A DNA stretch of 64,000 nt, taken from Eledone cirrhosa. Taxonomy: Eukaryota. Position 1 is the first letter of the stretch, and each line of letters begins with the position of its first letter. Below, in pieces: positions 26,715 to 41,451 of the stretch. Under the pieces are notes generated by a model, which was given only the letters and a program-made list of their open reading frames with translations, searched no databases and was not told the DNA's origin. The stretch lies in NCBI GenBank assembly GCA_964016885.1, contig OZ024747.1:4526001-4590000 (forward strand). Direction: 5' to 3'. Both the position numbers and the translations under genes were made by a program.

Positions 26715-27910
26715 GTTGAGGAGCCCACAAGAGACAACAACCTACTGTTATGTCTTATATATACAACACAAGGCCAAAACTGAAGAGGATGACCACACTT
26801 AACCTATGTATAAATCATACAAGATTTCACTGACCTTAACAGAGGAGGAGATTTAGCTGTTATTTTTTTACAGGATGATAGACTTCTTAGAGGTTCTACT
26901 TGGACTAGTTTTGATGTTTTTCTTGTTGTTGTTTAGCCTATACATGGGGAAAAGAACCCAAGGGTGATCTAGGCTGAGATTAAAAGACACTAGAAAAAGG
27001 AATATGAAATGGAAAGGATTTGATGATAATAAATGGCAAACTCAAGCGAAAAACCTTCCAGTATGGAGAAAACTTATGAAGTTATGCTAAAGTCATGAAC
27101 AGTGATAGTCACGTCAACCGATTGCTTCAAGTTTAGCCTGTCATTGCTTTCATTGATGTCACCTATAATCAAAAGCATTCCAAACATGACCATCACAAAT
27201 TTATTTTTTCAGTCATAGTGTATCAAATACAACTTTATCTAATGTGTCCTTTTTTTAGGGACATATAAATGATATATCTTGTAGATCAAACAACCATATT
27301 CCTATATTGACATGGCTTGTGTTGTTGTTGTTGCTATTGTTGTGGTTCTTATTTTATTACTATTACTGTTGCGGCTGTTATTATTTTTAATGTTGTTATT
27401 GTTGTTGTTGTAATTTAGATGGTGCTGTTGTTGTTGTTGTTGTTGGTCTGGCTAAACTATTTCACTTCTTCTCTTTCTTCTCTTTCTTCGTCTTCTTCTT
27501 CTCCTCCTCCACCTCCATTCTTCTTCTTCGCTTTCTTCATCTTCTTCTCCTCCTCCATTCTCCTTCTTCTTCGTCTTCTCCTCCTCCTCCTCCATTCTTC
27601 TTCTTCTTCCAGTTTCATTGATATTGCTGTTGTTATAGTTGTTGTTGTTCATGTCTCTTCTCCTGTTGCTGTTGTTGTTGTTCATGTAATTTAGATGGTA
27701 CTGTTGCTGCTGTTGTTGTTGTTGTTGTTGTATTAACCTGCTGGTCAAGATTTCACTGGAGTTCGAAATATTTCTGAAAGCTTTGTAAAACTCCGACATG
27801 AAAGAAGCCAGAAGGGGAGTAAGGGGGCTCAATAAAACAGACATTTATATGCTGTATATGTGTGTATATATATATGTGTGTGTGTGTGTTATTGTATGTA
27901 TATATGTGTG

Positions 27911-27941
<31 letters not shown>

Positions 27942-29607
27942 TATTATATGTATATATGTGTGTATATATATATGTATGTGTGTGTGTATATATATATGTA
28001 TGTGTGTCTGTGTATTGTATGTATATATGTGTGTATATATATGTGTGTGTGTCTGTGTTATTGTATGTAAATATGTGTGTATATATATGTGTGTGTCTGT
28101 GTTATTGTATGTAAATATGTGTATATATATGTGTGCGTGTCTGTGTTATTGTATGTAAATATGTGTATATATATGTATGTGTGTCTGTGTATTGTATGTA
28201 TATATGTGTGTATATATATGTGTGTGTCTGTGTTATTGTATGTAAATATGTGTATATATATATATGTGTGTGTCTGTGTTATTGTATGTAAATATGAGTA
28301 TATATGTGTGTGTGTGTCTGTGTTATTGTATGTATATATGTGTATATATATATGTATGTGTGTGTGTCTTATTGTATGTTTATATGTGTGTATATATATG
28401 TATGTGTGTCTGTGTTATTGTATGTATATATGTGTGTATATATATGTATGTGTGTCTGTGTTATTGTATGTATATATGTGTGTATATATATGTATGTGTG
28501 TCTGTTATTGTATGTTTATATGTGTGTATATGTATGTGTGTCTGTGTTATTGTATGTATATGTGTGTATATATATGTATGTGTGCCTGTGTTATTGTATG
28601 TATATATGTGTATACATATGTCTGTGTGTCTGTGTATTGTATGTACATATGTGTGTGTGTCTGTGTATGTATGGATTATTGTATGTATATATGTGTATGT
28701 ATATAGATGTATGTATATATACACATGTATGTTGGTAGGAAGTATGTATATATGCATGTGTGCATATGTGCATATATGTGTACATATATATGTGGGTTTG
28801 TGTTTATTCACACACACACACACACACTCATACACCCACACATAATAAAATAGATACCATGTGTGTATGTATCTATATATGTATCTATATATGTATCTAT
28901 GTATATATATATATATGTATGTATATGTATGTATGTATATATATGTATGTATGTATATGTATGTATGTATGTATATATATGTGTGTATGTATATATATGT
29001 ATGTATGAATGTATATGTATGTATGTATATATATGTATGTATGTATATATATGTATGTATGTATATATATGTATGTATGTATGTATATAAATGTATGTAT
29101 GTATATGTATGTATGTATGTATATATATGTATGTATGTATATGTATGTATATGTATGTATTTATATATATATATATATGTATATATATGTATCTATATAT
29201 ATATATGTATGTGTATATATATGTATGTATATATATATATGTATGTGTATGTGTATGTATTTATATATATGTATATATATATATGTATATATATGTGTGT
29301 ACACGCTTGTATAAAGGTAAATGACTCTTCATTTGCATCACCAAACAGTGTTGCGGTCGTTCAATCAGCTAAACCGTTTATTCATGGTATTATAATGTAA
29401 ATGGTTGACTATGCCAAAAACATTTATTCCCTAATGTAATCTTCAGGTAGATTCAATGTGATACATTCTCTTATAAAGCTGACCCCTTTATATTAAATCT
29501 ATTGTTCATCTGATAGGCTTCCACACAGTTTCTGTATGCATAATTTCACTCATGAAATACAGGTCAACGTGTCATTATGGAAAATGATACATTCCCAAGG
29601 TTATATT

Positions 29608-29664
<57 letters not shown>

Positions 29665-29837
29665 TCATCATCATCGTTTTACATCCATTCTTCCATGCTT
29701 ACATGGGTTATACATATTATATATATCTTATATATATATATATGTGGGTGGGTGTGTGAGTAGAGCTCGAGTGAAATTGGGGGTAACCACAGTTAAAAAA
29801 GATGCTCAATACATTAGTAGAATGTAAACATCATTAT

Positions 29838-29886
29838 TTATGAGGATTTCATATGAATGAAACAGTTCTAGTCCTGTAGAAACCAT
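29838..29886 (+). ncRNA. Degenerate hammerhead ribozyme (same family as 59246-59296)
   Basis: aTGAGGA tttc atat gaat GAAAC agttctagtcct GTA gaaac; C3 is mutated and stem I is weak. Confidence 0.5.
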
Positions 29887-29901
29887 TTCTATATTAATTA
29901 G

Positions 29902-29936
<35 letters not shown>

Positions 29937-29969
29937 AAAGAATAGAGGTGTAACACACGAGTTATGATA

Positions 29970-30948
29970 TATTGGTAAAAGGAAAAAAAAATGCTGACAA
30001 ATTGTTCCCAGTGAAAAATAGTTTAATTAGGTATAAATTAGGTATAAATTAGTAATAAGTATTGGTTAGTATTCAGTTTTGGAAATTCTACCTGTTTTAT
30101 GTGAAAAAAGTGGCTCCAGATGTATTAAGATAAGTTTCGCTCCAATTCGTGTTGCAAAAATTCTTGTGGTCAAAACAATTTTGATTGGTTGGTAGAGGTC
30201 ATGTGAATGTTAAAAATTGATTTTGCGCCAAATGTAGGTTTGTCTCGGCTGATTGAGAAGTCACTGAAAAATAAGTCTTTTAAGACAAATATGTGTGTGT
30301 GTGTGTGTAGTAGTAAAGGGGTTCATTGTTGTGATAATGGTCAGCAGGGATGTGTGTGTGAATTGCAGTCATGTTGACAGGTCAACAGTTCAGGTGCCTA
30401 TTAAGACAAGTGTGTGTGTGTGTGTGTGTGTGTAGCAGAGTAATTCGTGGTAGAGGGATCGGTCAGTAGGAAAGTGTCTGTACGTGTGTGGGGGCTATTT
30501 TAACATGTTAAAAGATATTTTTCAGCTCTTGTCTTATACAGAGAAGTGTGTGTGTGTGTGTGTGTGTGTATGCCTCTTTGTATGTTAGTGTACACGTGGC
30601 GCAAAATCAATTTTTAACATTCACATGACCTCTACCGACCAATCAAAATTGTTTTGACCACAAGAATTTTTGGAACACGAATTGGTGCGAAACTTATCTT
30701 AATACATCTGGAGCCACTTTTTTCATATAAAACAGGTAGAATTTCCAAAACTAATCAGATTAGAACAAACATCACGGGCGCTCTATCTCAAAATTACTTT
30801 TGAAAAGCATTAGAAATGCGCAACCGGTAAAAACTTAAAACCAAAACTGAATACTAACCAATACTTATTACTAATTTTTACTTATTCCTAATTAAACTAT
30901 TTTTCACTGGAAACAATTTGTCAGCATTTTCTTTTCCTTTTACCAATA
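29970..30948. mobile_element. MITE / non-autonomous DNA transposon with about 260-350-bp terminal inverted repeats, TA-flanked
   Basis: 29970-30230 mirrors 30598-30948 (tattggtaaaagg...gcgcca / tggcgc...ccttttaccaata); the right arm has an extra about 97 bp; the interior is non-coding. Confidence 0.85.
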
Positions 30949-30961
30949 TATATATATATAT

Positions 30962-31300
30962 ATCATCATCATCATCATTTTACGTCCGCTTTTTCCCTGC
31001 TTGCAAGGGTGGGACGGGAACTGATTCTGGCTTGATTTCTACAGCTGGATGCCCTTCCTAACACCAACCTCATTTACAGTGAGTGCTGGGTGCTTTTTTT
31101 ACGTGGTGCTTACACGTCCACTTTGCAGTGGAATGATAGGGACCCCAGTCACTATCATCTCATTTCTACAGCTGAGTAAACTGGAGCAATGTGAAATAAA
31201 GTGTCTTGCTCAAGGAAACAACACATCACCCGGTCTGAGAATTGAACTCACAACCTTTCGATTGCAAGGCCAATGCTCTAACCACTAAGCCATGCGCCTT
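30962..31300 (-). mobile_element. SINE family B, full length
   Basis: tRNA-like head ggcgcatggcttagtggttagagcattggccttgcaatcgaaaggttgtgagttcaattctc plus RTE-type tail. Confidence 0.88.
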
Positions 31301-31528
31301 CATATATATATAAATCAGGATGGATTCAGTTTCAAACTGGTTAGACCATTACTCAACAGAATACTTGATATCTAGGGTAGTAGAGTATGGTTATATTGTA
31401 AAGAGTCTATATTATATATATGTCATTGACATCCGGACCGGCAACCGCTCTTTCAAACCAGTTCCTGTACACAGCTAAGTATTCTATAAGTCTCTAGCTG
31501 TGTCATTCTCGATAAAAGCACTGGATAT

Positions 31529-31571
31529 GTAGTCCTGATGATTTCTAACAAGAATGAAACGCGTAGATTAC
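31529..31571 (+). ncRNA. Minimal type I hammerhead ribozyme
   Basis: Stem I GTAGTC/GATTAC, core CTGATGA (31535-41), stem II ttct-aaca-agaa, GAAAC-GC-GTA (palindromic ACGCGT stem III), cleavage triplet GUA. Confidence 0.82.
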
Positions 31572-31819
31572 TTCCCTTGCTTTTATCGAGAATCTAATTG
31601 TAATACGTGACGTATTCTATTCTATAGCGATTAGGTCTTCAAAATGTTTATTATAAACATACAGAATATTTTCGAATATTCTATGTCTATATTCACATAT
31701 ATATATATATATATATATATATACCAAATATAATGATGTCAATGACACTAGCAATAGTTATGTATCTATATAAATGTTCTGAAGACTAGGATTTTAATTA
31801 CCTGTTTAAACATTCTCTA

Positions 31820-31866
31820 TGCTCTGAGGATTCCAGACATTCGTCTGGAAGAAACAATTGTCAGCA
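31820..31866 (+). ncRNA. Type I hammerhead ribozyme
   Basis: Stem I TGCT/AGCA, core CTGAGGA, perfect 8-bp stem II TTCCAGAC/GTCTGGAA, GAAAC-AATT-GTC (palindromic ACAATTGT), cleavage triplet GUC. Confidence 0.85.
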
Positions 31867-32061
31867 ATTAAATGAATTAAACTAAAATTTGATTGTTTTA
31901 TATTTTGTATGTCGGCTCTAATACATTTGATAATTTACATTGAGCCTTTTCTTCTTACTGGTAATTGGTTAGTGCTTAGTACTACCCTCCATATTTATAA
32001 TTATATATAAACCATATATAAGTATAAATATTATTATTATTACTATATATATATATATATA

Positions 32062-32428
32062 TCATCATCATCATCATCATCGTTTAACGTCCGTGTTCCA
32101 TGCTTGCATGGGTTTGGACGGGAGTTTTCCCACTTGAGGCAAGAGTGGTTGTCTTGCTCGCATAGGACTGTCTGGCGGGTTTTCTACAATTGGATGCCCT
32201 TCCTAACACCAACCACATTTACAGTGTGGGGCTGGGAGGTTTTTACCGTGTTGCCTACACGGTCACATTACAGCGTGGACTGTGTGTTTTTTTTTCGTGA
32301 CACCTACACGATCTCATTTGTTTCGGCCTGGATTTTGTGGCACCAACATAACTTTACATTGAAAGGGGCGGTGTGGATGGGGTGGGGGTGGTGGGACAGG
32401 GGTGTATTTTGTTAGAGATGCCTACTGA
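32062..32428 (-). mobile_element. RTE 3' UTR copy (third subfamily)
   Basis: Reverse complement of about 7903-8275. Confidence 0.88.
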
Positions 32429-32761
32429 CTGTAGTAGGTTTTACTTTGTATTTAGGTAATGCATATACATATATATATATGTATATATATATATATGTAT
32501 GTTCAGAAATCTTGAACGCAGGAAAGCAGCAATTTCCCTGGATTCAAGATCTTCTGCTTTTCTAAACATTTCAACTTACTCAACACTCCAATGTTTATTT
32601 ATAAAATTCCTCTCTCTCACTCTCTCCCCCCTCTATCTCTCTCTCTATATATATATACACACACACATATACAGCTCACAAAAACAAGAAGAGAAACACA
32701 AATTAACAAATTAAATATATATATAATATATATATGTATCTCCATGTGTATCTCCATGTGT

Positions 32762-33088
32762 CTAACACACGTGGATATGCCTACAAAGTCAGAAAACAGC
32801 ACAGCGCCCATGACTTTCGGAAACATATTTTCATGTTTAGAGTTGCTGAAGCATGGAACAAACTGCCTGCATCAGTTGTTAGCTGATGGGACACTACATC
32901 CTTTAAAACCCTCATGCTTCCTGAAATACACCAAAACTAAACCTGATGTCCCCCTTCCATACACATGCACACCTGTGTATATCATGACTCATGCACTGTT
33001 CATTTTCCTGAAGTTTGTACATTACCCTATGATACACTTTTGACGAGTTGTAGTGCACCTGAGCACTGTACACAATATTTTCATTATC

Positions 33089-33091
<3 letters not shown>
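32762..33091 (+). mobile_element. CR1/L2-like LINE 3' fragment (second copy on minus strand at about 44828-44998)
   Basis: Translation TRGYAYKVRK...RKHIFMFRVAEAWNKLPASVV...FK, typical of the CR1-group C-terminus; (ATT)-like tail. Confidence 0.7.
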
Positions 33092-33126
<35 letters not shown>

Positions 33127-33129
<3 letters not shown>

Positions 33130-33320
33130 CAAAGGAAATGTGGTAAGGAACCAGGTGGACCATAACGCACCAAAGTACTCAATACTTAGGGTAGTAGAGT
33201 GGGTAATAGGAACGAGTAGGACCCCGCCGGCTGAGCTCAAGCCGTTTCGACGGCTAATTCTGGACTAATTAGCCGTCGAAACGGCTTGAGCTCAGCCGTC
33301 GGGGTCCTACTCATTCCTAT
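33127..33320. mobile_element. Family D element with about 115-bp palindrome (33206-33320)
   Basis: ataggaacgagtaggaccccg...gacggctaatt ctggact aattagccgtc...ggggtcctactcattcctat; flanked by (TA)n. Confidence 0.8.
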
Positions 33321-33326
33321 ATATAT

Positions 33327-33698
33327 ATATAAGTTAAAACAATGAAATAAAAAATCAAGTCATTAGAAATATACTTCTCTGCTTTACGATCGTTTCTAGG
33401 TGATGATAGTGCATCGTAACTATACTTCGATATCGATCTATGTAAGGTTAGTTACAAAATATCAGATAAAGAGAATATTTACTTACATGCATTTCACGAG
33501 CTGTTGTCAAAAGATTTTGACAACAGCTGGTGAAATGCATGTAAGTAAATATTCTCTTTATGATATTTTGTAACTAACCTTACATAGATCGATATCGAAG
33601 TATAGTTACGATGCACTATCATCACCTAGAAACGATCGTAAAGCAGAGAAGTATATTTCTAATGACTTGATTTTTTATTTCATTGTTTTAACTTATAT
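33327..33698. repeat. Near-perfect about 370-bp palindrome next to (TA)n
   Basis: Arms of about 185 bp differ by only a few bases; centre gtcaaaagattttgac at about 33513; unpaired extension to about 33830. Confidence 0.95.
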
Positions 33699-33869
33699 CA
33701 TGACTCTGTTTTCCTTTTAATGTTTTATTGTTTTCCGGGATTTATTTTAACCTACAACATTTTCAACATATGGATTATATTGAGTTCTTCAGGCAGAGTA
33801 GACCCCACAACTTACCGTGGATATCTCTGTGTGTATATATATATATTTATATATATATAAACCCCAATC

Positions 33870-34245
33870 CACTACCCCTACCCTATCCTCCCACTCCCAC
33901 CAACATCCCTCCCCCCTCTCTATAAAGTTGGTACCACAACATCGAGTCCAAATAAATGAGATAAATGAGACCGAGATCGAGATCGTGTAGGTGTCACGAG
34001 AAAAAAAAACACAGTCCACGCTGTAATGTGGTCGTGTAGGTAACACAGTAAAAAGTTCCCAGTTCCACACTGTAAATGTGGTTGGTGTTAGGAAGGGCAT
34101 CCAGCCATAGAAAACCTGCCAGATAGTCCTATATGAGCGAGACACGGTCACCCGACCAACCTTGCCTCAAGTGGGACAACTCCCGTCTAGCCCATGCTAG
34201 CGTGGAAAGTGGACGTTAAACGAGGATGATGATGATGATGATGAT
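33870..34245 (+). mobile_element. RTE 3' UTR copy
   Basis: Similar to 7930-8275; (GAT)n tail. Confidence 0.85.
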
Positions 34246-34261
34246 ATATATATATATATAT

Positions 34262-34303
<42 letters not shown>

Positions 34304-34394
34304 GCATCCTCATCACTCTTTTATATCTATTTTCTATCCTTGGACAATTGTCATATACTGAGGCCAAATATTCACATGATTGTATCATGCTCAT

Positions 34395-34945
34395 ATGTAA
34401 AGTGGTTGTGTGTGTGATACAACAAAAAGCACCCAGTTAACCCTGTAAAGTGGTTGTGTGTATAATACAACAAAAAGCACCCAGTTAACCCTGTAAAGCG
34501 ATCGTGTATAATACAACAAAAAGCACCCAGTTAACCCTGTAAAGTGGCTGTGTGTATAATACAACAAAAAGCACCCAGTTAACCCTGTAAAGTGGTTGTG
34601 TGTATAATACAACAAAAAGCACCCAGTTAACCCTGTAAAGTGGTTGTGTGTATAATACAACAAAAAGCACCCAGTTAACCCTGTAAAGTGGTTGTGTGTG
34701 TGATACAACAAAAAGCACCCAGTTAACCCTGTAAAGTGGTTGTGTGTGTGATACAACAAAAAGCAGCCAGTCACCACTGGATAAAAAGCACTCAGTCCAC
34801 ACTGTAAATGTGGTTGGCATGGGGAAGAGCTTCCAGCTGTAAGAACCAAGCCAGAAGCAATTCTGTATGAACAAGACATGGTCACCTCATCTGGCTTGTC
34901 ACACAATGGGACAACTCATCTAACCCATGCTAGTGTAGAAGTGAT
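34395..34945 (+). mobile_element. RTE 3' UTR copy with 48-bp subrepeat expansion (about 7-8 copies)
   Basis: Unit ctgtaaagtggttgtgtgtataatacaacaaaaagcacccagttaacc followed by a diverged RTE tail. Confidence 0.85.
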
Positions 34946-36185
34946 AATGATCAGTATTTGTATTAACAATTTGACTTATTTGTGCATTAACAGTGGATTC
35001 ACAGATAGAAGCTCTTCTAACTCTACAGCTTCATTTTAAATGGTCTTTTCATTTTGTATCTGTGCCTCTCTCTCTATATATATTCACACACACTGACGCA
35101 CATACACACTCACAAACACACATACACTGACACAAAAACATATATCTATATGCGTATGTACCTATGTATGTATATATATATATGTACCTAGGCAAGTATA
35201 TATATATGTGTTCATATGTAAGTATATATGTACCTATGCATGTCTCTATGCATGTATAATATATATATATATATGTGCGTGTGTACCTATACATGTTTAT
35301 ATATATCTATGTACCTATGCTTATATATATGTATGTACCTATGCATGTATATATGTATGTACCTATGCATGTATATATGTATGTACTTATACATGTATAT
35401 ATGTATGTACTTATGCATGTATATATATATATATATATACCTATGCTTGTATATATATGTATGTACCTATGCATGTATATATGTATGTAATATGTTTGAG
35501 TACATACATGTATGTCCTCTTTACACATAAACACGTTTGTGTGTGTGTGTGTTTACACACATAAGGTGCGTAACATTAGACATTGTACACAATGCAAATA
35601 TTACAACAAAGCACAACCACCACCACCACCACCACCACCAACTACAACAACAACAACAACCATAGTAAGATAATAGATAATAATAAATAAATATATATAA
35701 CCTACAATAAATATATATATAATACAATAAATATATATATATATAATATAATACAATAAACAATAGGAGGAATGAGTAAACAAGAAACAAAGAGAAAAAC
35801 ATGATAAACTCATAGAAAAAACAGAAAAAACATAGAAAAAACATAGAAAAAACATAGAAAATAACTTGGAAATATTTTAGATTTTGATTTTGAATTTCAA
35901 TTCTCTCTTTTTATTATATTTGTTGTTGTTTTTGGTTTGTTTTGCTGTTAATCTATGTATGGTGTGTGTGTGTGTGTATTTGTGTTTGTGCTTGTCACTG
36001 TATCTACATATGTGTATGTCTGTTTGTCGATGTGTGTGTTTTTTTGTGTATGTGTGTGCATTTACATGCTTATTGTGTCTATAAATATGTGTGTGTGTGT
36101 GTGATATATATATGTATATGTGTGTGTGTGTGATGGATATATATATGTATATATACATACACACACATGTGGCACACACATATGG

Positions 36186-36228
<43 letters not shown>

Positions 36229-36962
36229 GTGTATGTGTATATATATACATATTAATATACTCATACATAGACTTACATACATACATGAATATAACTCTGC
36301 TTAATCATTTGTATCTCAATGTGTATGAATGTGTGTAGGAATATGTGTGAGTGTGTGTGTGTAGTGTGTATGTGTGAGTGTGTACTAGTGTATGTATGTG
36401 TGTGTATGTGTGTTCTAGTGTATGTGTTTGTGTTGTTGGTTATAGGAACCAGGGTCTTAAGGCCCCTATGTATATATGTGTATGCCATTGTGTGTATGTT
36501 CTTCCATATATATATGTGTGTGTGAAAATGTGTAAATTAATATAAGAATGTGCGTGTATACGTGACAATGCACATAAGGATAATGGGTGTATATATATAT
36601 ATGTATGTATCTGTGTGTTTGTGTGTGTGTGTGTATATTTATACATATATAAATATATTTTAATTATATATATGCACATACATATTAATTATATATACAC
36701 ACACATATATATAAGTCAGTATATATGTCTTTAAAATGCGTTTGCTTGTATATACGTGTGCTTACACACACACGCATGAACACATATATATATATATATA
36801 TATACACATGTGTATATATATGCCATGTGTATATATATGTATGTGTCCTTAAAATGTGTTTGCTTATATCTATGCGTGTACAAACACACACACACACAAT
36901 TGCAAGCACGCACACATATACATATATATATATACTGGCATATATATAAATATATATATACT

Positions 36963-37005
<43 letters not shown>

Positions 37006-37150
37006 TGGTATATATATAAATATATATATACTGGTATATATATATATACTGGTATATATATAAATATATATATATACTGGTATATATATAAATATATATA
37101 TATACTGGTATATATATATATACTGGTATATATATATATATATATATACT

Positions 37151-37214
<64 letters not shown>

Positions 37215-37332
37215 CATATATATATGCCAGTATATATATACAAGTATATATGTGTCTTTAAAAGTCCTTGCCTGAACGTGTGCGTATATATATATATATA
37301 TATAGAAAGAGAGATATGTGCGTGTATATGTA

Positions 37333-37440
<108 letters not shown>

Positions 37441-38321
37441 ATGTGCATGTGTGTGTGTATATATATATGTATGTATGTGTTTGTTGTTGTTGTTTTTTAA
37501 TGTTCTTCACAAGAGATTAATCTTTCCTCATAGAATTTAATGAATTGCTTTAATTACAGAGTTGTTATCAAAATCAATATTAGATGGAAACAGCAGTGAA
37601 GGTGAATCGATAAATAAGCTCTTCCTACATTCCTTAATCTCTCCTCTCACTTCATATATATATCATAGTCTCTCTCTCACACACTCTCTCTGTCTTACAC
37701 ACTCTCTCTCTCACACACTCTCTCTCTCACACACAGTCTCTCTCTCACACACTCTCTCTCTTACACACACACTTACTCTCTCTCTCTCTCTCTCTCTCTC
37801 TGTCACACTCTCTCTCACTCCATATATATATATCATAGTCTCTCTCTCACACACTCTCTCTGTCTTACACACTCTCTCTCTCACACACTCTCTCTCTTAC
37901 ACACAGTCTCTCTCTCACACACTCTCTCTCTTACACACACACTTACTCACTCTCTCTCTTACACACACACTTACTCTCTCTTTCTCTAACTCTCTCTCTC
38001 TCTCCCTCTCTGTCACACTCTCTCTCACTCCATATATATATATATATATATCATAGTCTCTCTCTCACACACTCTCTCTGTCTTACACACACATTTACTG
38101 TCTCTCTCTTTCTCTCACCCTGTCACACTCTCTCACACACTCTCTCACACACTCTCTGTCACACTCTCTCTCACTCCATATATATATATATATCACTCTC
38201 TATATCTCTCATACTCTCTCAGTCTCTCTCTGTCTCTCTCTACATATGCTTCTTAATTTCTCTGAATCTATCTAATAATTTATCTACATTCTATCTATCT
38301 ATCTACTTATCTATCTATCTA

Positions 38322-38368
<47 letters not shown>

Positions 38369-38987
38369 GCTTCTGCCCCCCCCCTTCTCTGTCACAACAC
38401 TGCTACTGTTACTGTCATCATCATCACAATCAACTTAATAATAAATAAGATGATGATGATCAACATCATTATCATCATCAGTGTCTTCACTCTTGACCAT
38501 CATAAATATCATCGACAGCGTCCCTGAGATGATGTGGTGTGCTGTAGTTGGGGCCTGTGTTGGTGTGTTGGCATCAGTTGTCACCTGTTAATGTTGCCAG
38601 CAGCACTATAGCCAATATCTTCCTCACAGATGTTATACAAGGACACAATAACCACCACCTACAACATTAACACTACCACCACCACCACCACCTACAACAA
38701 CAACAGCCACACCAACACTACCACCTCCACCACCACCACCTCTACTATCACTATCACCACCACCACCGCCATCACCTCTACCATCACTATCACCACCACC
38801 ACCACCACTATCACCACCACCATCACTATCACCACCCTCACTATAACCTCAACCACCATCACTATCACCACCACCATCACCTCAACCACCACCACTATCA
38901 CCACAACCACCACCATCACCACCACCATCACCTCTATCTATACATTCAATATTTCTGCCACAAGCTAGGATAACCTTACTAGTTTCA

Positions 38988-39877
38988 AGTTTATCTTCAT
39001 GTCACCACCAGCCATACCATTCTCTACCAAACACTACCATACCATAGTTTATCTTCATGTCACCACCAGCCATACCATTCTCTACCAAACACTACCATAG
39101 TTTATCTTCATGTCACCACCAGCCATACCATTCTCTACCAAGCACTACCATAGTTTATCTTCATGTCACCACCAGCCATACCATTCTCTACCAAACACTA
39201 CCATAGTTTATCTTCATGTCACCACCAGCCATACCATTCTCTACCAAACACTACCATAGTTTATCTTCATGTCACCACCAGCCATACCATTCTCTACCAA
39301 ACACTACCATAGTTTATCTTCATGTCACCACCAGCCATACCATTCTCTACCAAACACTACCATAGTTTATCTTCATGTCACCACCAGCCATACCATTCTC
39401 TACCAAACACTACCATAGTTTATCTTCATGTCACCACCAGCCATACCATTCTCTACCAAACACTACCATACCATAGTTTATCTTCATGTCACCACCAGCC
39501 ATACCATTCTCTACCAAACACTACCATAGTTTATCTTCATGTCACCACCATCCATACCATTCTCTACCAAAGACTACCATAGTTTATCTTCATGTCACCA
39601 CCAGCCATACCATTCTCTACCAAACACTACCATAGTTTATCTTCATGTCACCACCAGCCATACCATTCTCTACCAAACACTACCATAGTTTATCTTCATG
39701 TCACCACCAGCCATACCATTCTCTACCAAACACTACCATAGTTTATCTTCATGTCACCACCAGCCATACCATTCTCTACCAAACACTACCATAGTTTATC
39801 TTCATGTCACCACCAGCCATACCATTCTCTACCAAACACTACCATAGTTTATCTTCATGTCACCACCAGCCATACCA
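38988..39877. repeat. 53-bp minisatellite, about 16-17 copies
   Basis: Unit catagtttatcttcatgtcaccaccagccataccattctctaccaaacactac. Confidence 0.92.
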
Positions 39878-41420
39878 TCAACCACTGATGCCATTTATCT
39901 ATTGTCATCAATGCCACAACCAACACCAACAACATTACTATTATCATGGTCACTATCAGCAACACTATCACCACAAACAACACTATTACCACCACCACCA
40001 CCACTATCACCAACACTACCACCACAAACAACACTATCACCATCACTGCCATCACTATCAGCAAAACCATTATCACCTTCACTCTCACCACCAACACCAT
40101 CACCACCACTACCAACACTATCACCACCACTACCAACACTATCACCACCACTACCAACACCATCACCACCACTACCAACACTATCACCACCACTACCAAC
40201 ACCATCACCACCACTACCATCACTATCCCCACCAACACCACCACTACTATCACTATCACCACCAACACCACCACCACCACCACCATCACTATCCCCACAG
40301 ATGCCATCAATTTATTACCATCAATGCAATAACTATCCACAACACCTACATCACAACAACCAATCACTATATATATATGTGTGTGTGTGCATGTGTGTAT
40401 GTTTGTGTGTGTGTGTGTATATATGTGTGTATGTGTGTGTGTATATATGTGTATGTGTGTATATATTTGTATGTGTGTGTGTATCTATGTTGACTAATGG
40501 AGATAGATAGATAGAGGTGTGGGGGGAGGAGACCCCCTGTTTCCTCTACATTTCCCCATTATTGCTAATTTATTCCCCCCCCCCCACCTCCATCTGTCAC
40601 ACTCCCTTTCACTTCTATCCCTCTCTCTGTCTCTCTGTCTTTCTCTCCCTCTCTCTCCCTCTCTTTCATATCATTTCACTCTCTATATCTCTCACTTTTA
40701 CAACTTAGCCCCCCCCCAGTTACACCCCCCCACCCACACAATAACACTTCATATATTTCTTTATTTTAACACCTTATCTCCTGTACTTCTTCCACCCACC
40801 CACCTGCCCCTCTTCTCTCTATCTATTGTCTTTTTATCTCTCTCTTCCTCTATCTACAAGTCTGTCTATCTACTTAGTTCTATAATACATACACATAGCC
40901 ATACATACATACATAGATAGATACATACATATATGTATGTACATATACACATAACATGTAAAATAATGAGGATATATATATATATATATGTACACATATA
41001 TATATACACATATATATATGTACACACATATATATATATGTACACACATATATATATATATATGTACACATACATATATATGTACACACACATATATATA
41101 TATATATATATGTGTGTACACATATATATATATATATGTACACACACATATATATATATATACATATATATATATACACATACATATATATGTACATATA
41201 TACATATATATATATACACACATACATATATGTATACATATATATATATATACATAGATATATATATACACATACATACATATATGTATGTATATTCACA
41301 CACATATATGCATACACACACGTGTATATATATATATATACATACACATATATGTATGCATATATATATATATGTGTGTGTGTGTATGTGTGTGTGTATA
41401 CACACATATATGTGTGCATG

Positions 41421-41451
<31 letters not shown>

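Noticed and set aside
31772-31814. CTGAAGA enclosed by aatgtt/aacatt
   Set aside because: No GAAA or NUH in position; not a hammerhead.
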